A DNA stretch of 34,891 bases from Caecitellus pseudoparvulus (taxonomy: Eukaryota > Protista > Bigyra: Bicosoecida). Shown in pieces: positions 9,861 through 19,285 of the stretch (positions are counted from its first letter, which is position 1; the number at the start of each line of letters is the position of its first letter). The notes beneath the pieces are model-generated. The model was not told the DNA's origin. It made no database searches and saw only the letters and a list, made by a program, of their open reading frames with translations. The stretch is from contig CBFFRQ010000107.1 of assembly GCA_965644315.1 (NCBI GenBank), positions 1 through 34,891 on the forward strand, in the 5' to 3' direction. The position numbers were made by a program, and so were the translations under genes.

Positions 9861-10685
9861 GCTTTGAGCCAAGTCGACCACCTTCACGTGCATGACTGCT
9901 GTCGCATTCAAGCCGACGACGCCACGGACGTGAACCACAAGGTCAAATGCTCCCGAATTCTGAGTCGACTCCAAGTACGCGCTGGGGAGTCGTGGCAGCC
10001 CATCAACTACGGCAAGCCCAGGCTGCAAGGAAAGGGAGACGACCTAGCGTGGAAATGTAGACGCAAAGGTTCGAGTCACACTCCACCACTCAGTCGAGGG
10101 CAGACAAGGACCCCAAGCCGCTAGTCTTGCATCGATGCACGACACGCTCAAAACAGCAAGTGTCGCAGCAGATCCGATGTCTGCTGCGCCAGACAGAAAC
10201 AGGGGAGCGCCAACACTGGTCCCTGTCCGAGCACCGACCAACAGCACCGCTGGATCGTGCAGTGCTGCAACGATGGTGCCCCCATCGCAAGCCACTTCCT
10301 GCTGCGCAGTCGAGGATAGCCACTCGAGCGGCCTTGAAGACGGAGTCGCACTGCGAGTTGCTGTCACTGATGGCGTCACAGAGGGGGAGTTGCAGGGTGT
10401 GGATGCAGCTGGTGCTGAGGGCATGGCGACGCACGCTGTGGCATCGTGGGATGGGAGCGGAAGACTGCCGCGAGCATGCTGAGGGATACGGCATGCTACG
10501 CATGCACCCTTGTGCAGCGCCTGTGGGAGGCGCGCCAACCTGCGCTGAGCGGCGCAGCTGCCGTCAGGGGCAGTGGCAGAACGCTCCCAGGCCCACGAAG
10601 CGGCAGCAACACCAACACCTCTCGCAAAGCACTCCCTCGTCCATGCCGTCAAGCAAAGAGGGGGTGGAACCCTAGACCAGTGCAA
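9812..10685 (-). CDS. Upstream segments of the same membrane-protein gene (interrupted)
   Basis: ORFs 10044-10685 and 9636-10028 are one frame split by a single TAG (10044-46), which could be a splice-acceptor region or a nonsense codon. A 1-nt shift near 9812 (GCG CCC GTC vs GCG CCG TCG) would join them to the main ORF. Confidence 0.5.
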
Positions 10686-10885
10686 CTCATGCCATGGTCA
10701 TTCAGCATTGGGCCCCTCATCCACCGCCAGCAGCTTGGTCAGCGACCAGTCCGCACTGCGAGTAGGCCAAGACAACAGCAGCGGCGAGCTTCACCGGCAG
10801 CAGCGGGGCCAGGGTGCAACGCCAGCCTTCCACTTCACATTCAACAATGTTGCAAAGGCATTGACGTGCCAATCACGGCAGCCGC

Positions 10886-11895
10886 CCCACCTCGCGTCAG
10901 GCTCACAAATATCTCCCGTGCAAGAAACTGCACCTACATCCGATTTCCGCAGCTCAGCTGCCTGCACTGCACAGCCCCCTGGCCCTTTTCGCGGATAAAT
11001 ATCAGAAATGCAGATCTCTGACCATTTTCTACTGCGCTGAGACTTCGTGCTCGCCGTCCTGTTGTCCCAGCTCTCGGGCTCTCGTTTCCAGGCTTCACTA
11101 CATTGTTGACTGGTTCTCCCAACAGCAGCGTCAGCTGTTGCGAGCCGCTGCCCACAAGATCATGGCTGATCAAGAGCGACGACAGCAATAAAATGTGTAT
11201 ACAGCCTGGATAGATGTCGGAACTGCAAGAATTATTTGTTTGGTGGGCACTTGCGGCGGCACGGCCTCAATCTGGTGAGACAACGCTCGCCCCTGGTTCG
11301 CCACACGATGCACTGCATGCCTCGAAAGCTGCCCGGAAGGGTAAAGCTTTTGCAACAGTCCCCTATCTACTTGTTCTTGCTTGGCCCGAAGCTTGCATTA
11401 ACAATGTCAAAGGCTGCTCTCCCAACGCTGGAGCCACTCCTCGTCCGCCGAACTTTGATACAAAGAAATGCACATGAAGCAGAGCTTGCGTTTGAAACAC
11501 GCACACACGTTGTCCCAGGGCCCACTGCAAGCTGTTGAGGCACTGGAGGCATTTGCTGGGCCCTTGCGGCAATTGTTGGTTCTGAATTCTGGGGGTGCCG
11601 CAGACGGCAAAAGATTCTACTGGCCCCACGAGGTGGTCGCCGCACCTCCCGGATGGACGAAAGTCCTGAAAATGTGCATTCGGCACTGTGGGGCCGTGTT
11701 TGATCACGTGGTAGAACCTCACCTTCAGGGTGCAGGCGTGGAATGCGGGCAGCCCGCCGCGGACCACGCGCGGCGAGCCCGCTACACGGCCGCCACGCCT
11801 GCCGCCTGGACCATGCCGAGCAACCTCGCTCCTGGACGAGGTGGATCGGAAGAGGAGCAGGTATGGGGTGGATGTGGAAAACATGTGACCAGTAT
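10886..11895 (+). pseudogene. Decayed unknown gene convergent with NTPase-nuclease paralog 1 (partner copy 1)
   Basis: Frame 10886-11191 reads PTSRQAHKY...PISAAQLPALHSPLA...RLHYIVDWFSQQQRQLLRAAAHKIMADQERRQQ*. Further protein-like pieces occur in other frames (11236-11538, 11468-11965). Homologous to 30688-31130. Confidence 0.6.
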
Positions 11896-11899
11896 TGCA

Positions 11900-14800
11900 T
11901 TACTTCTTTTCTTGGGCTGGCACGGGGACTTCCAGGGACTTCATTTCTGGAGGAAGGAACCCTAGCTCAAACACTCCGTAGAAGCCTGGGATTGTCGCCA
12001 CCTCAGGTGAGTGACTGCCCTCGTCTATTGGCTGTGGTGTGCAGTAGATGAAGAAGAACTCAACATCACTGCTTTCCTGGATGGTTGCCGCAAGCGGAAG
12101 GTTCTCCAACTCCTCCTTCCCTTCGGCTGCCCCTGCTCCGCTCTCAATGACCTCCACAGCAACTGCGCTCTCGTCTGCATGTTCACCTTCTAGGCTTTCA
12201 CTGGTTGCCACTTCAAGAGTTCCAATATCATCATCCTCTTCATCAGCATCTATCTGTGTTTGCAGCAACCGAGCAGCATTGGCAAGAGCGTTGCTTCGCG
12301 ATGTGCCGGACAACACTTGTGGCTCCATGATAAGCTCCTCGAACTTCTTCTTCGAATTGCACTGAACTGTGCAGTTGAGATCGATGGGCACGCCAAACGT
12401 CCACAGGATGGCGTTCGCCATTGTGGTTTTCTTCCGACCCCCAAGATTCGACTTCCTAAACTTCATCTGTGACCCTTCGACTTCCGTGAAGTATTTGACG
12501 TTGCAAGCGAGGTTCGCGATGTCTCTGAGGGATTTTGGCAGTACAACCTCGCCCGTCGAAAGCGAATCATTGAAAGAAACAGCAAGATTCTTCAATATAC
12601 GGCTCTGCCCATGAGTTTCCAGGGAAGACACGGTGGTTTCAATGAAAGCCACCTGCAGCTTTGCTCGATTGTGTTCCGCCCCTGGAGTTGGCAAAGATGG
12701 GCGTCGGAAAACAACAAAGTCGACAGCCGGAAAGCTGTGGGGTGTGCGTACCACATGTACACTCTCAGGCTTCATGGTCTGCACGGCATACACATCAGCG
12801 GCTGAAAACCCGGCGCCCTCAGCTGTTTCCGTCGTTTGGGCTTTGGAAAATTCGTTGGTACCCTTGGTGTAGAAGTAGCTTCGAAGCATTTCAACAGGCT
12901 CTCTGTCTGCTGACTTTGACAGCGATGTGTAGTCGGAGCCAAACATGCCCATCTCCAGCAGACTTGCCACAGTGTGTTCAAAGTGCGTGCCACCACCAAG
13001 GTGGGCCACTCCATTCAGCAGTCTGTCCCAAGCATCCTTTGTTGCCTGGTCAGTGGTTGGCCCGGCAATTTCTCGGTGGCGCCTCAGCAGCGCCCTTATG
13101 AAAGCATGCCTTGCTATGTGAGATGCGAAGTCCACGTTCCCGTGCAACTTGAAGATGTTCGGGTTGACCCTCGAGAGGATCGACGCCGCAGCCATGGAGT
13201 GATCCAGGAACATGGCCACGCCTGGCTTATTGTCCAGCAGATCTTCCGCTGTCAAACTTTGGAATTTTTCTAGACACCGCCCTTCCATCCCACCCCTTGC
13301 CTCTACCCACGCTTCCCACACAGCCAAGGAGAACGAGTTGGGACCAACAACCGTGCTTGACTTCACGAATTCCGCAGCATGGCTCAGCGGACGAGCGACG
13401 CCATCAACAGACTCAATGAAGTCCTTCAGCAGCTTCAAATTGCTCTTCGTGCGCAGGTCTTCCATTGCCTGTGGGGGCAGCTGAAGGGAGCAATCGTGGC
13501 CTGCTGGCATGTCTGCAACAACGTCCACCTCCTTGGTCCACCCGAGAGAGTTCTTGCCATCCTTTGGCCCCAACATGAGCCGGAGCGCAAGCTCGGGCCT
13601 CATGCGTTCCATCTCAAAGAAGGGATGGAACATGTCGTTGGAAGTCTTGATTTCAAACAGCTTTTCCACGGGCTCGTAGACCTTCTTCTGAAAGAGGCTT
13701 GCGTGAAAATCAGGCGAGAATGCGAAGACTTTACTCGAGCCCTCTGTCCACTTGAACAACTCCTTCAGTTGGTACCACCACTGGGCATGCTGGCTGTCTT
13801 CTTCAGCAGGCTGGCCTTCACTGCCGGACATTGCTTCGCGACGGAGCAGCTCGCCTTGCACACTGTTGGCTTCGTCAATGATGAGCAAGCTAGGGGTGGG
13901 AAAGTCCCCCTCTTGTTTGCCGTTGTGATGGAACACTGAGCCACCACGAATCATCGTGCGTTCCAGGGCTTCGTATGCGTCAGCACCATAAAGGCCAATC
14001 GACGCCATGTCTTGGCACAACTCAGGCTTCTTGAGACTTTTGGCGCAGGACAGCGCAAGCCCGCCTTCCATCAGACTGCGCGCTCGCTTTTTGAACGTTT
14101 CTGTGCCTGGCACCAACACTTCTGACTTGGGCAAGTACATCACATCGCCGCCTGCGCCAAGGCCCAACATTAACGCCAACGCTCGCATTGACGCAGATTT
14201 GCCAGTTCCGTGAGAGGCTGTTGTCATGACCCCAAGTTGAGTTCCAAAGCAAGTTTTGGTGGCCTTCTCAAACAGCTTCACTCGCCCACGAGTCAGGACA
14301 TACGTCGTCACGGATAGGTCCTTACGCAGCATAGTCGAAGGTGATTCAGGGCGGATGCCGTACGTTGTTGGTCGCAAGCCTTGCAGAGACAAGTCTCCAA
14401 AGGGAACCTCTGTCAAGCCTGTCTTGTCGTGTCCAAACAGAAACGGCTGACCATTCCAAATAGGCAAGCGGAGAACCACAGCCTCCAAAATGCCGTCCAT
14501 GAAGATGGGAGAGCACCCTGTCGTCCACTCGATGCCCTTTTCGCCTTCTTCGGCATTCGGAAGGCACTTCTCCTCGGCGAGCCCTGTCATCAGCGCTTTG
14601 AAAACGTCCCACACTGTCGCCTTTTTTCGTCGGAAGGCATCCCCGGCCTCGAGCATCCAGCCGAAGTTGTCCACCAAGACATCCAAAGTTGCTTCGTCTG
14701 TGTTGAGGAGTCTCTGGATGAACTGCTTATCCACAACACCCGCATCTTCGAGCTGCTTCTTGGCCGCGTCTTCGCCTCGCCTCTTCAACAGCAGCAATGC

Positions 14801-15966
14801 ACGGAGTGGCACGGCCAAGTTCACAACTCCCAGCGCCCGAGCTTGGCTGTTGAACCACGCAGTGCGAACAGCCAGTCCAAGCGTTGCCTTGAAGTCGGCC
14901 ACCATGCTTGCGGAGACATGCTCCGGCAGCTCCTTGTCACAATATTTGTCAATGTCACACTTGGCCAGTGAGCCCACAGAGTGTGAGCAGACGCTCTTCA
15001 GAACCTTGACTCTATCCTCCGCCTTAGTAGTACCCTGCATCATCTTCATGGAGACCCTCACGACTCCACAACGCTTGAGGATTTCCCACAGCTCGTCTCC
15101 AGCACTTTTCTGAATAATCAAAAGCCAGAAGCCACTATAATGCGCAAGGAAGGTGAACACAAAGCGGAAAGTGTTCAACTCACCTTGCATGTCAACACTT
15201 CACTCTTGATGGCTTCCTGTGCTTCCATCTTCGCCAGCTTGGTTTCGATATCCAACAGTTTGGCCTTCGCGTCGCTCAAGTATGTCGGTAACTTCTCCGC
15301 CCACACTTGAGCAACGCGGTTCTCGAACTGCACCCCAATCGAGCTAATAAGTTCACCTTCGTGAGCCAGTTTCAAGCTGACGTCAATTGGCATGACAAAA
15401 ATGGAAGCAAGGAAACTATTTTGTTTTTCGGTACTTTTCTCCTCGAATCGAATCCCAAAATCAACTTGAGCTATGAAGCCGCTGGAGACGAGGGCTTGCA
15501 CCACGTTTACGTCGGGAGGTGCCTGCGAAGAAGGCCAGACAAAGTGCAGGACACGATGCCTCGCGCAGGCGTACCTCAAGGGCAAGCTACGTACCTTCAG
15601 CTTCTTGAGGGCAGAAAGGGCTATTTCCAATGGAACCTCTCCTTCTGCTTGCTCAAGCTCAGCCAAAGCCACAAGCAACTTCTCCCTCTTCTTCTGCGGA
15701 AACTTTTCCCACCATTTCGTGCTCCGAAGCTCTTCGCTGGCCTCCCGAGGCTCCGCCGCCGCAGCACCAGGCTCAGCCGCCGCAGCACCAGCTACAGACG
15801 AAGTGTGGCGCAACAGGCTGGGTGCCTGGGGCGGCTTGGGTGCGCGCGGTGGAGGCCAGAGGACTGAAGCAGCAGCAAATTCCGCCCCAACACTGCGCAA
15901 CGCCAACACAGGCCGCAGTGGCACCCCCAGGAAACGAGACAGGGTCGACGCAGCCTTCAAGCTCAT
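11900..15966 (-). CDS. P-loop NTPase + PD-(D/E)xK-like (REase-fold) nuclease, Crinkler/RHS-type, with mitochondrial-presequence-like N-terminus (~1306 aa, 3 exons)
   Basis: Exons 15966-15595, 15522-15184 and 15109-11900 join in frame. Walker A ASHGTGKS, Walker B LLIIDEAN, nuclease-like FPAVDFVV...AFIETTVSSLETH. N-terminus MSLKAASTLSRFLGVPLRPVLALRSV...LLRHTSS. Confidence 0.8.
15110..15183 (-). other. Spliceosomal intron (74 nt)
   Basis: AAG|GTGAGT...TTATTCAG|AAA. Removal fuses ORF 15175-15966 to ORF 11900-15190 in phase 0. Confidence 0.88.
15523..15594 (-). other. Probable spliceosomal intron (72 nt, frame-preserving)
   Basis: AAG|GTACGT...CTTCTTCGCAG|GCA, matching the size and splice signals of the other introns. 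Confidence 0.7.
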
Positions 15967-16069
15967 GGTGCCTTGCCTCGATGCTCAGGCGCTGCAGATG
16001 CTGACTATGCACGCTCACTACTCAAGGCTGCGCTGGTGCGGAAATGTGCGCAAGTCCACACAACGTAGA

Positions 16070-16454
16070 GCTGCACGAAGCTCTGAGGTGAGGCAAGCTT
16101 GAGCACGATGTGCCGGATGAACAGCACACGCCCTGCATCTTCTCGTGTTCATGGACCAGTCTTGATTTTTTCTTCTGCGTACAGTCGCGCAGCTTCGGCG
16201 AAATGCACGAAATGCCGCTTTTTGAGGTACGCGAATGATGCAAAAACATGTCTCAAGCAGCTGAAACTGGAGAACCAACGACAGAACAATGAGGAACCAG
16301 CGGCAGCTGCACCAGCAGGCGAGCCTGCCAATACGCTCCATGACATTCCATCAACTACTTTTTGGTTGCCCGCTCCTCCCACCTCCCGTACAGAGCCAAA
16401 GTAGGATCGCATCTTACCTGCAAGCGACCCAGTGGCAAACAGCACTGAGGCCAT
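16070..16454 (-). pseudogene. Decayed fragment of the NTPase-nuclease family
   Basis: WFSSFSCLRHVFASFAYLKKRH resembles DFASHIARHAFIRALLRRH (paralog 1). After the TGA at 16149-51, LFIRHIVLKLA resembles EFERDIVALLA (paralog 2). Confidence 0.5.
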
Positions 16455-16648
16455 CCACGAATCCATCAATATGATGTGCAAAGTCTTCCAAATGTGACCT
16501 TCAACAGTCACTTCAATGTGCAGCTAGCCTTCGTGCCACGCGCTGTGGGCTTCCTGCGAGCAAGGTGTACCTCGCCGCGCCCAGATTCCCAGGCAAGCTG
16601 CGAATTCAGCACGATCACCAGACCACAACTCAGCAGAATCTGTCTCCT

Positions 16649-19137
16649 TCATAAAACAGTTGTTGGAGACATCCGAGTTTTCTGTGCCCATTCAGCGCCT
16701 GCGATCCCTGACTGGGCATCCCACGGTGCGTCAGCTGTGAAGGTGGGGCCTGTGGCCTGCGTGAACGCCGCAGCGGCCAGAGACCCCTCGCTGAGCTGGG
16801 TGCCTTGGGCTGGCACGAATGCCAGCTGCCCTTCCACGGTAGAAGGCGCTTCTCCAAGGACGGACGCAGCAAGGGTGTGCACCGCACGGGCCAGAGCAGG
16901 CTGGTTGTGCACTGTGCCCTGCCAAACGCCATCTGCATCCAGGGTGCTGCTCGCCGCCAGCGCTATGGACAGCGGCTGCTGCACTGGCGCACTCCAAGCT
17001 GCGTCCACAGTCACACCCACGCTGGAGGCGACACTTGTCCAGCCGTCACTGGACTGCACGTGGAGGTTGGGGAACACTTGTGAGCCACTGGCGAGGTTCA
17101 AGCCAGACACGAGCAGCTCGCCTTGCAGGGCCTGCAGCTGGTCCAGTGGCACTGGCTGTGCGCCTCGCAAGTCTCGCAAGCCTGGCTGGGAGCCGAGGGA
17201 GATCTGCACAGAGTGAACAGGAGCCTGGGAAGCCACGGCCCACTGCACAGCCACGGCAGTTGTGTTCTGCTGGAAGCAACACAGCTCGCCTGCACTGCCG
17301 CTGGCAGTCAGCGGCACGGGTGCAATGGAACCTGAGAAGGCGGCCTCTTGCCCGATGAAGATGCTTCCACTGCCCGTGTTGGCAACGTTCCCAGCGCTGT
17401 CCGTCGCCCTCACCGACAAGGTCAACGCTTCCTGCCCGCCGCCCAGGGGCAAGGACAGGGTTGTGGCGGACAGTGAGGCGTTTGTGTCCAGCACAGCTGC
17501 AGGCGGAAGCGACACCTTTTGTGCCGTGCCCAGAGCAGTCCACCACAGTACTGCAGCTCCAGAAGAGGCGTTCACAACAGACACCTCGTACGTCAGGGAG
17601 CCTGCAGTCGCCACGGCGTCGCGCCACCGCCAACAGGCGTGCACTGGCGCCCCGACTGGCAGGAACAGATTCTCGACAGGCGGTGTGGACCCCGCATGCC
17701 CCCTGCAGGCAGCACACACTGACAGCCATGTGGGCACAGGAGCTGCCGTGTCCACCACAATGCCGTCTGTGAAGGCGTACGTCTGCAAGCCAGCGGCACT
17801 GGTCAGCATGACTGTTCCGTACAGCACGTCGCCCTGGCTTGGAGCAGAGCTGGGCACAGCAGAATACGTGTCTGAAGCCAGACCAGGGTGCGCATGCACG
17901 ACTGTCTGTGACGCTGCCACGACGTCCTCTGCACCGGGGCTGGTGCCCCACATGCACTGCACGTGCTCCAAGCCAGATTCGGCATCCGCTGCACCCTCCC
18001 ACGCCAGCGCTATGAAATCTGCAGATGCCGTGGATGCTGCGTCGAAGGATGCAGCCAGTTCATCGCCATCCAGGGGCGCCTGCAGCGAATCCCACACCCG
18101 CAGCAGTGTGGGGCCAGTGGCGTCCACTGCACCCGTGCGAGCAGTGCTGGTGGTGTACTCGCCAGCGCCATTTGCGACAGTGAGGGAGAAGTAGGCTCGC
18201 TACCTGTGCACAATGTTGGAGGCCAGGAATGTGTCGAGGGAGTCCACAGGCACAGCGGCAGGGGGCGCAAGCTGTGTGCCGCCTTGGGAAGTGCCAGCTG
18301 ACACGACCACCACAGCCAGGCCGCTTTCGGCATCTGCAGCGGCAACAAACGTCAGTGCAAAAGCGCCTGCTGCTCCAGACATGGAGGGTGCGCAAGGAGT
18401 GCAGTCAGTGATGGAGGCGCCGTGGGTGGCCTTGTACGTGCCAAGGGGGGGCACAGGCGCCACTGGCCGCCTCTCGGTACGTGCCTGGGGCACACTGCAG
18501 GGCTGGGGCATCTGAAGACATAGGCGGGCTGGGGGAGACACTCCCAATGGCACCCGAGTTGCAGGCATCACAGAGGGCGGGGTCGCTGCCCAGCACTTGC
18601 TTGCAGGCGGGCACGGCACAGGGCTCGCAAGCCTTGCTCGTCGCGTTCAGCACGGAGCCCGGTCCACACTGGCACACGCCGCCGCCGTGCGTGAAGTCTG
18701 GCACAAATGCAGCATTGGGGTCGGCACAGGCGCACGTGCTGCGCCCCGCAGGATCCCCGATCCCGAACGCTGTCAGCAACAGGGTCTGTGCACTCGCGCC
18801 AGCCAGGGAAGGCAGCGTCTCATCACAGGCAAAGCCGTCCGAGGAGGCCACGCTGGCGTGTCCTGCTTGTTCGTGGCACGAACACTGGTAAACACGGTGC
18901 TCCCAGGGGTCAACACCAGGCCTGTCGTAGCCCATGCCGTGCGTTGCGCCACGACTGACCAGAGCATGACGTCATCCAGTCCTGCGGCGCTGCCCAGCGC
19001 AACCTCGTCCGTTGCGATGCCAGTGGGGGCCACGAAGGAGTCCCAGTTCGCAGCTGCCTGACTGCAGTAGGCGGAAACGTCCACGGCACCGCCCAGTCGA
19101 GCGCCGTCGCGCACGATGCTGGCAGTGGCGCTGGCAT
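16649..19137 (-). pseudogene. FN3/Ig-like repeat surface-protein pseudogene with Cys-rich inserts, abutting the transposon
   Basis: Repeated motifs W..xxDAESGL/I, GTSPGAEDVV, SAAGL...TDGIVVDTAAP, SSDGFACDET. Two frameshifts (~18865, ~18447), an in-frame TAG at 18200-02, apparent 3' truncation near 16690, and a 5' end at the TIR. Confidence 0.75.
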
Positions 19138-19162
19138 GGCAATATACTGGAAATGGGCAAAA
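19138..19162 (+). repeat. Left terminal inverted repeat
   Basis: ggcaatatactggaaatgggcaaaa. Confidence 0.93.
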
Positions 19163-19285
19163 CATTCTCGCACCACCTCCAGTATTTTCGCTGACAGGGC
19201 GCAATTTTGGCATCCCATAGAGGATATTTGCAGGCTTTGATTTGTTGTTTGGGCTGCCACCAGCCCCACAGGCGCTGTTTTTGGC

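Noticed and set aside
3323-16151. TGA reassignment or readthrough, suggested by several in-frame TGAs
   Set aside because: The long intact ORFs contain no internal TGA, use TGG for Trp, and several end in TGA. The affected segments also carry TAG stops or frameshifts, so decay explains them better.
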